From: Promethearchaeota archaeon
GTDB lineage: Archaea > Asgardarchaeota > Lokiarchaeia > Sigyniarchaeales > SOKP01
Assembly: GCA_019057865.1 (NCBI GenBank)
Contig: JAHLWP010000002.1
Span: forward strand, 1 to 64,000
Length of the DNA: 64,000 nt
Reading direction: 5' to 3'
Below the pieces are notes generated by a model. The model made no database searches and was not told the origin of the DNA. It was given only the letters and a program-made list of their open reading frames with translations. This document shows, one piece after another, positions 1 through 10,381 of the stretch. Position 1 is the first letter of the stretch; each line of letters starts with the position of its first letter. The position numbers were made by a program, and so were the translations under genes.

Positions 1-360
1 GCCGCCCCAGGTGATATTCAGTAAGGACGTTCCGGCACTGTCATATTTGGCAATGAACGCGTCAGAACCACCCGCCCCAAAGCTATAGGTGTACCCGGTA
101 ATGTAGATATTTCCCGCTCCATCTAATGCAATACCGTTTCCACGATCAATGTTGCTGCCGCCCCAGGTGGTATCGAAATCTAGGGTATAATTAACCGTAG
201 CAGCGATTTTTAGATAATTCTCTCCGAGCACATCATTATCCCCGTCTTTTCCCAAGTTTATGTTAAAGGAATTGGAAGGGCTTTGATTATATTCCATGAA
301 ACATATCGTTGCCATTAAGAAGAAGCCAATTCCCACAATTAAAATGTGTTTTTTATTCAT
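1..360 (-). CDS. Secreted/surface beta-propeller (SBBP-like repeat) protein, 5' part; runs off window start
   Basis: Manual translation: MNKKHILIVGIGFFLMATICF (signal-like), then TWGGSNIDRGNGIALDGAGNIYITGYTYSFGAGGSDAFIAKYDSAG...ITWGG repeat. Confidence 0.8.
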   Translation of the reverse strand, partial: MNKKHILIVGIGFFLMATICFMEYNQSPSNSFNINLGKDGDNDVLGENYLKIAATVNYTLDFDTTWGGSNIDRGNGIALDGAGNIYITGYTYSFGAGGSDAFIAKYDSAGTSLLNITWGG

Positions 361-380
361 TAATCTACACTTTGTCAAAT

Positions 381-445
381 TTATTTCACTTTTTGGTTAT
401 ATTTATTTCACTTTTTGGTTATATTTATTTCACTTTTTGGTTATA
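381..445. repeat. Tandem repeat, about 3 x 22 bp (TTATTTCACTTTTTGGTTATAT)
   Basis: Direct copies at 381, 403 and 425, in the upstream region of the propeller gene. Confidence 0.9.
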
Positions 446-901
446 ATATACTATTTTGGGTCATTCATATTAAACTTATCTATATCCCCGCAAGCCCCAC
501 ATTTTCGAGAAAATCTTGCCATGAACTCCGAGGTATGAATGAACCCCTTATGAATGTATTATTTCAAAACACGTGAATAAAGATGGCAGATAATAAAAAC
601 CTCAAGAATTTAGAGAAAAAATTACCCAATTAATTATTAAAATAATTAGCACGCTAAATATACGAGGAACTACTTTAGCAGATTTTATTGTGAAAAATGT
701 AATGTGATAAGGAGAGAAACGAAAATATATCCTTTTTATAATGAACTCCATCAACAATTATTCAAAGAAATAAGTGTTATAAATACAAATTTTTGTAGTG
801 TGGAGGATTTCTAATATTTTAAATGCCAAAAACCCTCTTTAAATAGTCGATGTCGGAAATACTGAAAATCCTACTCAAGCTATAGCCTTTATAATCTGAA
901 C

Positions 902-1564
902 CTAAATTAATGACTTTATTTTATCAATTGTTAATTCTTTTATAGAATTAATAATAATAATATCATCATCTTTATATTCTTTTAATTGATGAGCTGAATG
1001 GTTTCCTGTAAGTACTCCTATAAATGGGCAATCTAAATTATTTGAGAGCATAACATCTTTAGGATGGTCTCCAATTATAATGAATTTTTCATTAGGATAA
1101 TTATTTAACAATATTTCTTTTAATTTTGGGTCCAATTTCCCAAGGTTTTTTAGATCTTCAGTTTCACCTAAAATATAATCAAAAAAACTATAAATTTTTA
1201 AATATTTTACTATTTTTTCTGCCATTTCTTGCTTTTTTGAAGTAATTATACCTAATGAAAAATTATACTCCTTTAGCTCTAACAATTTTTTTTTAACACC
1301 AGGTAATAATTTTGATTGATAGATTCCTTCAGTTCCGTAATACTCACGGAAGGCTTTAGCTAGTATTGAGGGATTCAGATTTGAAACGCTAGCAAACATT
1401 TCTTCCAATGGTGTCCCAATCATCTTTAGGATTGTAATTTTTTCCATTTTAGGAAAATTAAACTTCTTTAAGGCATAGTTAAATGAATTTACAATTCCTT
1501 TTCTATTATTAATTAAAGTGTTATCTAGATCAAAGCTTAATACTATTTTTTTATTAATCTTCAT
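902..1564 (-). CDS. HAD-family phosphatase (phosphoglycolate phosphatase-like)
   Basis: FDLDNTL motif I, ITSK, IIGDHPKD motif IV. Confidence 0.85.
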   Translation of the reverse strand: MKINKKIVLSFDLDNTLINNRKGIVNSFNYALKKFNFPKMEKITILKMIGTPLEEMFASVSNLNPSILAKAFREYYGTEGIYQSKLLPGVKKKLLELKEYNFSLGIITSKKQEMAEKIVKYLKIYSFFDYILGETEDLKNLGKLDPKLKEILLNNYPNEKFIIIGDHPKDVMLSNNLDCPFIGVLTGNHSAHQLKEYKDDDIIIINSIKELTIDKIKSLI

Positions 1565-1593
1565 AAAAGGATTTAAAAAAGGAATTAATTTAT

Positions 1594-3246
1594 CTAATAA
1601 ATTTTAAAACCTCTAAATAATTTTAAAAGATACATAATTTCCTCAGAACTTTCTATTAATCTTCTCAAATTATAAGGAAAACTATTTAATTCAACCTCTT
1701 TCCCTTCAGAAATCGTATTAATCATTATTTTTATAATTTTTTTATATTTTTCAACGGTATTATCTTCAAAGTCTATTTCTGAAATAACTTCCCAAGCTTT
1801 ATCTAGTTTTCCATTCAAGATACATGATATAGAGGCTAAAACATAACTATGTACAATATGAGATTCCCCAATTTTCTTTAGATTAGCCGCTTTATAATAG
1901 TATCGATATAAATTTTTTACCATTTCTCTTAAAAGAAAATCCTTTGCATCTTCCAGTTGCTCATAAAATTTTATGCTTTCCAAAATAAGAGTAGCTGCTG
2001 TAAAAAATTGCTTGTTTTTCAATCCCTCTTCAGCAATTTTATTTAAGCCTCTTATAATTTGATTGAATATCCCAAATCTATTAAATTCTAAGTTTCCTTC
2101 AACAGCCATATCATAAGCATTTAAATAACTTTCTGTAGATTCGTTTAGATTATCTATCTTCCAGTAATTATCGCCTGCTTTTACAAAATGCTTATATGCC
2201 ATTTCAAAATTTTCTAATTCTTTAAAAATATTAGCACCATCAAAAAAATTAACTGCTGCTTGATTAAAATCCTCTTCCTTTTTAAAATAATTTCCTGCCA
2301 AAACAAAACAAGAAGCACATTCAATAAGATTATTCTGTATTTCTTGATAACATAATCCTGCACCCCGATAATATCTCGCTATTTTATGGTAGTTTTCTTT
2401 TTTCTTCTCAATAGCTTCAGCTAAATCAATATAAGCTCCAGCTTCTCTTTTTGAATATTTTACGAAACGATCATCGTCATCTAGAATTTTATACAAATTT
2501 TTTAATATTTGACATATTTGAGCTGTTGTTGTACTATTATTTTTTTCTTTTAATTTAGTAATCAAATCAGAAAAGAATTCTATTCCATCTAAGATAACTT
2601 CTTTTGCTTCATTATACTCGTCTATTTTTTCATAGCAAGAGAAAATTTGTTGATAAGAATAAGATAGCAAATCATAAAAATTATGAATTTTTGAAATCTT
2701 GATTACTTTTTCATAATGTTTTATAGCATTTCTGAAATTAGAAGTTTTTAGATAAAGACTTGCTATGTTTTCATAATTTCGAGCTAATTTTCTTGTTTCA
2801 TTAAACTCGCTTAAAAGGTTAGTTTCTTGTTTTAGAAATTTAATACTATTTAATATATGCTTTTCTTCTTGTTTACTATCTTGAAACTTTTCATGGTACA
2901 AATCTGCAATCCTTAAGTATAATTCAGCAATTTCATGTAACTTTGCTTGAAATTTATAATCAATAATCTGTTTCTCCCAAAGCTTAATAATAATTTTATA
3001 TAATCTAAGAGACTGGTTAAAATCAAGTTCCTCAATTAATCCCGCAGCAGAATATAAAAATTCTCCCGCTTCAAAATACTCTCCTGAAAAAGCTATTTCA
3101 TTTGAAAAATTTATCGAAGAAGATACGATTTTTTTTATCGATTTATTTCTTTCTCCAGGATCAGTAATTCTTTTAATCTTAGATTCTGATTTTCTGAGTT
3201 TTTCTAAAAAATCTGAATAGTCTATGAATTCATCCTCTTCGATAAT
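1594..3246 (-). CDS. TPR/alpha-SNAP-like helical repeat protein (about 550 aa), probable ATT start
   Basis: Frame stays open 115 codons upstream of the listed TTG (2901) to ATT at 3246, behind SD GAGGAG with an in-frame TGA just upstream; repeated A..Y..A...Y/F helices. Confidence 0.7.
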   Translation of the reverse strand: MIEEDEFIDYSDFLEKLRKSESKIKRITDPGERNKSIKKIVSSSINFSNEIAFSGEYFEAGEFLYSAAGLIEELDFNQSLRLYKIIIKLWEKQIIDYKFQAKLHEIAELYLRIADLYHEKFQDSKQEEKHILNSIKFLKQETNLLSEFNETRKLARNYENIASLYLKTSNFRNAIKHYEKVIKISKIHNFYDLLSYSYQQIFSCYEKIDEYNEAKEVILDGIEFFSDLITKLKEKNNSTTTAQICQILKNLYKILDDDDRFVKYSKREAGAYIDLAEAIEKKKENYHKIARYYRGAGLCYQEIQNNLIECASCFVLAGNYFKKEEDFNQAAVNFFDGANIFKELENFEMAYKHFVKAGDNYWKIDNLNESTESYLNAYDMAVEGNLEFNRFGIFNQIIRGLNKIAEEGLKNKQFFTAATLILESIKFYEQLEDAKDFLLREMVKNLYRYYYKAANLKKIGESHIVHSYVLASISCILNGKLDKAWEVISEIDFEDNTVEKYKKIIKIMINTISEGKEVELNSFPYNLRRLIESSEEIMYLLKLFRGFKIY

Positions 3247-3520
3247 CTTAGTATCTCCTCAAAAAAAATTAATAACTATGCATAAAAATTAATATAAAAA
3301 TAAAAACAGTTTGTTTTCCTTCTTAAATTTTAGAAAAATTTAAAAAGAGGTTCCAATAATGTGGAATTTCAATTTACACATATATAATATACTGAATTAT
3401 TTTTACAAATAGGAAGATTTCGAATATATTTGATACAATTAAAATTTAAGAATTAATTATAAATATAAGAACAATAATATAATTATTAATTAAAAGCAAA
3501 TTATTGAGTAGATCAAAAAG

Positions 3521-3730
3521 ATGAAACAAATTTCTGAATTATTGGAAACAGGTATCTATGAAACGTTAACAATAGAGAAAAAAATGACTGTTGGCGATTT
3601 ATTAAAGGATTTAAATCTTGAAAATAAATACTTTGGCATCCTAGTTAATGGAAAGAAAGCAGATGAGAACACAATCATCCACCAAACTGATTCTGTTGTT
3701 GTGCTTCCACATATTGCTGGGGGCTCTTAG
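3521..3730 (+). CDS. MoaD/ThiS/SAMP-like small beta-grasp protein
   Basis: TVGDLL, ILVNG, VVVLPHIAGG-S C-terminus. Confidence 0.85.
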   Translation: MKQISELLETGIYETLTIEKKMTVGDLLKDLNLENKYFGILVNGKKADENTIIHQTDSVVVLPHIAGGS

Positions 3731-3924
3731 AACGTAATGATTTATTAACTTTTTTATTCTCTTTTTTAAAGTAGTATATTTGAGATCAATTCTTGAAATT
3801 TTTACAGATCTCTTTAAATACTTACTTTAATTGGTCTGGGAACCCATATAATATGAAAAAAAAAAGAAGATCTAAGATAATAAAACAAAATCTCTTTAGA
3901 CTTCAGAGTTTTTATATCAAGATC

Positions 3925-3959
3925 AACATAATAACAAAACAGTTATTTGTTATTATGTT
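3925..3959. terminator. Perfect 14-bp inverted repeat between convergent genes
   Basis: AACATAATAACAAA-acagtta-TTTGTTATTATGTT. Confidence 0.5.
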
Positions 3960-3987
3960 CACACAATAACTTTAACAGACTTAAAAT

Positions 3988-4629
3988 TCACAGACTTTGA
4001 GCCGAGTTTGTAAGTGACTTCCCACAATTTGGGCAAAATTTCTTCTTTAGTTTTAATCCCATCCCACAATAGGGACAAAATTTAGTAATTTGAGGTTTTC
4101 CAGTAATTTCTGCTTCGGTTTGTGTTGATGATGTAGTTTTAGGAGCGATTTCTATTAATTGTTCTGGGAATCCATATAAAATGATAATACTATAGACACA
4201 AATCCCTGCAACAACTATATCACCAAATAAATGCGCTATTAAGATTCCACTAGTTAATTCTGCTCTTGCTAATATTGCAATTGCCCGAATTTCCAAAAAC
4301 ATAGAAAAGGATGTGAATATAAGTACTATGATAGTTACAGCTTTACTAGTTTTTAATACTAGTGTTAAAACACCAAAATTTATACATATAGCAAGATAAA
4401 CAATGCCTATAAAAATCATCCCAATCCAAAAAAATAATGCTGCAGCTAATGATACAGCAGCGGCGGCAATGGCTTCCCCTAAATTAGAAGCAGTTATATC
4501 AAGATTAAAATTAAATAGAACTATTAATGCTTTTAACCCATTTTTTGAGAAAGCCATCAATAATATAGTGATAGAAAAGATAAGTATTATGACACCAGCA
4601 ATGGTCTTTAAAATTTCAACTTTATTCAT
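3988..4629 (-). CDS. Membrane protein with C-terminal zinc ribbon
   Basis: About 4 hydrophobic segments; FCPYCG...FCPNCG. Confidence 0.8.
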   Translation of the reverse strand: MNKVEILKTIAGVIILIFSITILLMAFSKNGLKALIVLFNFNLDITASNLGEAIAAAAVSLAAALFFWIGMIFIGIVYLAICINFGVLTLVLKTSKAVTIIVLIFTSFSMFLEIRAIAILARAELTSGILIAHLFGDIVVAGICVYSIIILYGFPEQLIEIAPKTTSSTQTEAEITGKPQITKFCPYCGMGLKLKKKFCPNCGKSLTNSAQSL

Positions 4630-4794
4630 ATCAAATAATCACACTTTTTTTAATTTAAAATTATAATATTTTTTTTTAATTTAATGGATTATAAGAAGAA
4701 ATAAAGATATACCTTAATTTATAGATTTCTAAAATAGGGATAGTAAAATAAAATTTTTGTTAAAAATTATTTGAATCAATAGTCTTTAAAAACT

Positions 4795-5778
4795 TCATTT
4801 AAGCTCAATTCTTAAAAGATCTTCTGCTAAGATTGTGTTTGGAAAAATTTCTTTAGCTTCTTCAAGTAATTTTAAAGCATCATCTTGGTATCTTGCTGAG
4901 ATATGCGTCAAGATTAATTGTTTAGCATTCATTTTTATAGCATCAAGGGCAGCATCAACAGAGGTAGAATGTTTCTTTTCTTTAGCTGTTTCAGCTAATA
5001 TCTTAGAATATGTGGCTTCATGAATTAGAATATCAGAATCTTTTCCTAATTCTATTAGGGAATTGCTTGGTGCCAAATCTCCAGAATAAGTAATTTTTCT
5101 ACCTGGTCTTTTTGGACCAACAATTCCTTCTTTTACAGGGTTAATAATTTTTCCATTAAATTCAATCTCTAAACCTTCTTGAAGTTTTTTCCATGTTCTA
5201 CTCTCAGGAATCCCTAACTCTTTAGCTCTTTCAGGATTAAACTTTCCATAACGAGGATTTTCAATAAAAGAATATGCATAAGTAGTTATCGAATGGTTAA
5301 CTAGTGCGAATCTTATTGAGAAATATTTTGACTTATAAATTAAATTATCTTTTATTTTTACAGTATCTTTGGGAACCTCAGTATCTAAGCCTTCAAATTC
5401 TATTAAATCTTTATTAATATGATCAATTTCAACAATTTTAATTGGATATTTAGCTTTTAAGCCTAGGATTTTTTTATGAAGATATATATAAAGGAAAAGA
5501 TTTTGAGGACCAAAAATGGTAAGAGGTGCAGTCCTTTCAATTAGACTTAATCGAAATAAGAATCCTGGAAGACCTATAATATGATCTCCATGAAAATGTG
5601 TTATAAATATCTTTAAAGGTTTATTAAATTTTAAACCTGCTTCTGCAAATCTACGCTGGAAATCTTCTCCACAATCAAACAATAATATTTGATTTTTATA
5701 TCTTAAAGCTATAGCAGATAAATTTCGATTTTTAATAGGAGTAGCCGCAGCACTGCCTAAAATAAATAATTCTATCAT
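4795..5778 (-). CDS. rnz: Ribonuclease Z
   Basis: THFHGDH motif, flexible arm GKFNPERAKELGIP, HEAT, HST and LTHISARY motifs. Confidence 0.93.
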   Translation of the reverse strand: MIELFILGSAAATPIKNRNLSAIALRYKNQILLFDCGEDFQRRFAEAGLKFNKPLKIFITHFHGDHIIGLPGFLFRLSLIERTAPLTIFGPQNLFLYIYLHKKILGLKAKYPIKIVEIDHINKDLIEFEGLDTEVPKDTVKIKDNLIYKSKYFSIRFALVNHSITTYAYSFIENPRYGKFNPERAKELGIPESRTWKKLQEGLEIEFNGKIINPVKEGIVGPKRPGRKITYSGDLAPSNSLIELGKDSDILIHEATYSKILAETAKEKKHSTSVDAALDAIKMNAKQLILTHISARYQDDALKLLEEAKEIFPNTILAEDLLRIELK

Positions 5779-5799
5779 AACTTTTAATTAGCGCTAGTT

Positions 5800-7101
5800 T
5801 TATTTTTTTCTTAACACTGAAATCTCTAACCTTTGTTCGGCATTCTGCTTTTTTAGATCTTCAATTAAACTTTTAAGTTCCTTCAATCTTAAAGTTAAAT
5901 TAGGATCTTCTGCTGAAGCTGGTGGCGGTTGACTCTGAGGTTGAACATAACTACCTTCTAATTTTTCTTGTAATTCATTAATTTTTTTGTCTTTTAATCT
6001 AATTTGAGATTCTAGTTGTTTATATTTACCTTTTATTTGGACAGCTTCGTTTTTAATTGTTTCAATTTCTCCTTCTCTTATTTCAAGTTGTTTCTGTAGA
6101 AAAATAGCCATCTCTCTTTGCATTTTTAATTGTCCTTCCAATTCACTTTGAGGTTTAGCTTGTTCTGGTGGCTTTTCACCGTCGTACTGCTTAAGTTGCT
6201 CTTGAAGAGATCTTATTTGAATTTTAGCCTTATTCAGTTTGTTTTGCAAATCTTGTAAAACTTCAGAAGGAGCACCAGATTGTTCTGTATCAAATTCTAC
6301 TTCAACCTGTTGTATTGTAGATATATCACTCTTTAAATTTTGGATTTCTATATCTCGTTTTTCTAAAAGTTCTTTTAAATCATTAATCTCACTTGTTAAC
6401 TCAGACTCTTCCGTTACTTTTTCTCCCTTTTTTTCCTTCTTTTTGAATTTTTCAAGTTTTTTGTTTAAATCTTGTACTTGTCTTTTAGATTTATTTAGTT
6501 GGTTTTGAAGATCTTCAATTAAAGTTTTCTGAATTGAAGCACTTTCTTTATCTCCATCAGCACCATTTATTAAACTCTGATTCAATTTTGAAATATCTGA
6601 TTTTAGTGTAGCAATTTCTTCTTCTTTCTCTTTCAGTATTACACTAATTTCTGCTTTTTTATCAACTTGTCTTTTTAAATCATTAATAGATGAGCGTTGT
6701 TTATTTATTTTATCTTGTAATTCATTTACTAAAGTATTGAGAGGAGATTTGGGTTTTAAATCTTCTATTCGAATAACTGAAGAAGTAGAATTTTTTTTTT
6801 TTAATTTTTCAAGTTTTTGTTGAAGCTCTATATTTTTTTTTCTTAAAAATCCCATTTTATCTTTTAATTGTCTAAATTGCTTGTCTTTTTCTTCAATTTC
6901 TAAAGTAAATATTGAATCCATTGCTTGCATTTTTTTACTCTTTTTTGTACTGACTGCAGAAGGAATAACTTCTTCTTCCAAATGCATAATATGATCTTCG
7001 AGTTCTTCGATTATATCAAGTAAACTGAGAATTTCTTGTTCTTTTTCCTCCAAATCCTTCTTTAATTGATTGCTTCTATCTTTTAGAGGATCTTTCGACA
7101 T
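5800..7101 (-). CDS. Long coiled-coil protein
   Basis: E/K/Q/L heptads; recurring LQxxLNKxKxQI segments. Confidence 0.75.
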   Translation of the reverse strand: MSKDPLKDRSNQLKKDLEEKEQEILSLLDIIEELEDHIMHLEEEVIPSAVSTKKSKKMQAMDSIFTLEIEEKDKQFRQLKDKMGFLRKKNIELQQKLEKLKKKNSTSSVIRIEDLKPKSPLNTLVNELQDKINKQRSSINDLKRQVDKKAEISVILKEKEEEIATLKSDISKLNQSLINGADGDKESASIQKTLIEDLQNQLNKSKRQVQDLNKKLEKFKKKEKKGEKVTEESELTSEINDLKELLEKRDIEIQNLKSDISTIQQVEVEFDTEQSGAPSEVLQDLQNKLNKAKIQIRSLQEQLKQYDGEKPPEQAKPQSELEGQLKMQREMAIFLQKQLEIREGEIETIKNEAVQIKGKYKQLESQIRLKDKKINELQEKLEGSYVQPQSQPPPASAEDPNLTLRLKELKSLIEDLKKQNAEQRLEISVLRKK

Positions 7102-7242
7102 CTTGAAAAATTACCTTTATTCCTTAAAATAAAATTTTCTTATATTTTACTTATACAATTTTAGTAATTAAATTTTAACTAATATGATAATTTTTAGTTG
7201 TGTTAAAAAGTGGTCAATTCTCGATTCATATTAAAATTAGAC

Positions 7243-9156
7243 TTAATAGAGATTAAAATCTTTAATATTAAATTTGTTAATCTTTTTCATAATTGGAATA
7301 AGGCTCAAAATATTGAAAATTATAAACGCTATAAACAGGAATGAAAGAAGAATGAATGGCAAGTATAATGGTGGTAAAGAAACCCGCTCAAACAAGAAGA
7401 TTGAGTTAATAATCATTCCTATTCCTAAACATAATAAAAGAGCAGGGATGATGATAAAGAGAGATTCCAAGAATAGTATTTTTTTTAAAGACTTATTCTT
7501 TGAGCCTATTGCCCGCATAATGAGAAAATCTTTTGCCTTTTCAATGATTCCTCCTCGTTGATAAAAATTTAATATTAAAAGAGACACGAAAGCTATTATC
7601 AGGATTAAAATTATCGGGTATAATGATAATTTAAATAAATAATTTATATTTTTTTTGAAAATAGCGTCTAACTTTAAATGAATAAAATCTGCGCCCAAAT
7701 TATTAGTTATGTTATTAATTTCATCTATAATTATATGATAACTTCCAGATTTTAGTTTTAGTATAATTAAGTTGATTTCATCGTAAGTAAAATTTAATAG
7801 CTCACGAGATTCATTTAATCCGATATAACCAGCATAACCATTAAAGAAACTATCAATTAATACACCACAGATACCTGGTCCAAATGTTTTATTTAAACCC
7901 CTAATTTCTAGAAATTGATCTAAGGGATACTCAAAGAAATTGTATGCTAATCCATCTCCAATTGTCATATATGCAAAAGAATCATCATTTGTAAAAAATC
8001 TACCTTCAAGTTCAAAATTTTGAATAATTTTCTCTGGATTTACTCCTATTATTGGAAAATTTCCAGTTCTTTGTTTTCCTACTGTTTTATATTCACCATC
8101 AATTATAATATGGCCATCTAATTCTTCAACATCATAAAAATTTATTAATCTCTCGTCTATCTTTTCAATATCATCAATTGTTTCCAGATTATTAATGTCA
8201 CTGAAATTAAAAATGTATTTTGTGTCTGTAAGATTTATTATATCTTCATCAACTATTATTCCTGGATTTGAAAACATTTTATACATTAAGGAATAGTTAT
8301 ATACAACATCTTTGTGACCAATAACAACAATATTCTCACCTTGGGATTTTCTAATCCACTCCTGAGAAGAACTAGTTAAAACAATAGTGCCTAATCCCAA
8401 AGTAAAAATTATAAGAGAAATTAAACTAAAAACAATGATATATCTTCTAAATTCTCCCTTTCTTCTTATATTATTAATTACTGAAATTTTTAAATTAAAT
8501 CCTAGTTTTGAAAGCCACTTTGGAACTAAACTTAATCTTTTCTTGGCATTAAAATTATAAGGTATATCTGCTGAAAAAGTTTTAATTATTTTTTGAGTCC
8601 CAATTTTCCTTAAAGCATAACCAGTTACAAAAAAAATACCCAAAATACAAGAAATGAATATAATAGGTGTATAAAACCAATCAATTTGAAAATTTATAGG
8701 AACCTTTAATAAAAACATGATTAAACTAAATATTCCAAATGATGTCAAGCCCAGAATCCAGCCAAGGATAAAACCTAGTATAAAAATAATAAATGCTTCG
8801 AGAAGATAAAAGCTATATAATTTCCCTGGTAGGGTACCCAACGCTTTCATTATAGCAATATCTCTTTTCTTATGGATAATTAACGTAGTTGTAATGACAA
8901 CAACTACAACTATTGATAAAATGATTACTAAAACAAGTACTAAAGAAATAAACTCTTTATATACTAAATTAATTGCACCTGTAAAGAAATAAGGATTTTT
9001 TAAACTGGTAGATATTACCATATTTAAACCAAATGAAGATGTGAAATATATTAAAAATTCTGTCAAAGCAATTACCAAAACAATAATCAGTAAATAAGGA
9101 ATTGTGGTATCTTTTTTCCGATAAATATCTTTTAAGGCAAAATCTATTGAAGACAC
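7243..9156 (-). CDS. FtsX/MacB-like ABC transporter permease
   Basis: Two KKRDIAIMKALG / KDFLIMRAIG motifs, multiple TM helices. Confidence 0.85.
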   Translation of the reverse strand: MSSIDFALKDIYRKKDTTIPYLLIIVLVIALTEFLIYFTSSFGLNMVISTSLKNPYFFTGAINLVYKEFISLVLVLVIILSIVVVVVITTTLIIHKKRDIAIMKALGTLPGKLYSFYLLEAFIIFILGFILGWILGLTSFGIFSLIMFLLKVPINFQIDWFYTPIIFISCILGIFFVTGYALRKIGTQKIIKTFSADIPYNFNAKKRLSLVPKWLSKLGFNLKISVINNIRRKGEFRRYIIVFSLISLIIFTLGLGTIVLTSSSQEWIRKSQGENIVVIGHKDVVYNYSLMYKMFSNPGIIVDEDIINLTDTKYIFNFSDINNLETIDDIEKIDERLINFYDVEELDGHIIIDGEYKTVGKQRTGNFPIIGVNPEKIIQNFELEGRFFTNDDSFAYMTIGDGLAYNFFEYPLDQFLEIRGLNKTFGPGICGVLIDSFFNGYAGYIGLNESRELLNFTYDEINLIILKLKSGSYHIIIDEINNITNNLGADFIHLKLDAIFKKNINYLFKLSLYPIILILIIAFVSLLILNFYQRGGIIEKAKDFLIMRAIGSKNKSLKKILFLESLFIIIPALLLCLGIGMIINSIFLFERVSLPPLYLPFILLSFLFIAFIIFNILSLIPIMKKINKFNIKDFNLY

Positions 9157-9169
9157 TATCTAAAACCAA

Positions 9170-9928
9170 TTATCCTTCATTTCTTTTAGTTAATATATCT
9201 TCCTTTACTATTTTCCCATCATCAAATAGTAGAATTCTATCTGCTAAACCTAGCAAATAATCATCATGAGTAGCAATAATAATTGTGACATCATCATTCT
9301 TTAAATCATTAAAAAGATCTCTAATAAACTGACTTGTTTTTTTATCCAAATTAGCAGTTGGCTCATCGGCAAGTATAAGTGGAGGATTATTTGATAGAGC
9401 TCTAGCAATTGCAACTCTCTGCTGTTCTCCAGCTGATAATTGAAATGGCAGATGTTCTCTGCGTTCACCTAATCCCATTTTTCTTAATAAATTAACTGCA
9501 CGTTCTCTTTGCTCTTTAAATTTCATACCTGCAAGATTCATTGGAAACATAACGTTTTCCTCAGCAGTAAGAGTACTTATAAGATTATAGTTTTGAAAAA
9601 TGAACCCTGAATTTATTAACCTAAACGTTGCTAGCGATTCTTCTTTCATATCAGAAATTTTAATGCCAAGATTGTAAATCGTTCCTTTGTTGGGGGTATC
9701 TAATCCACCTATTAAATTCAATAAAGTTGTTTTTCCTGCTCCAGAAGGTCCTTTAATACAAAGAAATTTACCGCTCCTAATTTTTAAAGACACATTATCA
9801 ACTGCTCTAACAATAAATTCACCTATTTCATAATCTTTAACTAAATTCATAGCAATAATGTGATAATTCTTTATCTCATCTAACTCTAAAGCACCATCTT
9901 CATCTTCAAATTCTTCTTTTACTGTCAA
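9170..9928 (-). CDS. ABC transporter ATP-binding protein (LolD/MacB-like)
   Basis: GPSGAGKT, LSAGEQQR, ILADEPT. Confidence 0.92.
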   Translation of the reverse strand: MTVKEEFEDEDGALELDEIKNYHIIAMNLVKDYEIGEFIVRAVDNVSLKIRSGKFLCIKGPSGAGKTTLLNLIGGLDTPNKGTIYNLGIKISDMKEESLATFRLINSGFIFQNYNLISTLTAEENVMFPMNLAGMKFKEQRERAVNLLRKMGLGERREHLPFQLSAGEQQRVAIARALSNNPPLILADEPTANLDKKTSQFIRDLFNDLKNDDVTIIIATHDDYLLGLADRILLFDDGKIVKEDILTKRNEG

Positions 9929-10381
9929 GATTTCAAAACTATTACCAGATTTTAATTTAAATTAAAAAGACTCTTCAAAGAAGATAAAAATTCTTTAAAA
10001 ATTCTACTTAAAGAATTAATAACAAATTTTTATAATTTATGTTTAAAATTAAATTAAGTTTAAATATTAAAATTTCATATTTATCTTTTAGAGGGAAGAC
10101 TAAGAAAATAAAATATTTATAATATCCCCTAATTTCCTAATTAAACACTCACGCAATTCGCGCCAAGGATCAAATGGTACTAAATTTTTCCCAAGGTTTT
10201 AAGCTACATGCTTAAGATTTTGATTTTCTCTTCTTCCTTCTTCTTCTTTTTCTAATTTTTGATAAAAAATTTAGAGATTATATTTATTATTTCATTAAAA
10301 TAAGATTTAAAGGACAGATTTAATTTAATATTAATAAAAATTAAGGTATAATTTATATATAAAAAAAATGTGTAGATTTTT

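Noticed and set aside
381-445. CRISPR array
   Set aside because: The repeats are contiguous with no spacers, and no cas genes are present.
296-538. 80-aa plus-strand ORF
   Set aside because: It overlaps the real minus-strand gene and the 22-bp tandem repeat; low-complexity artefact.
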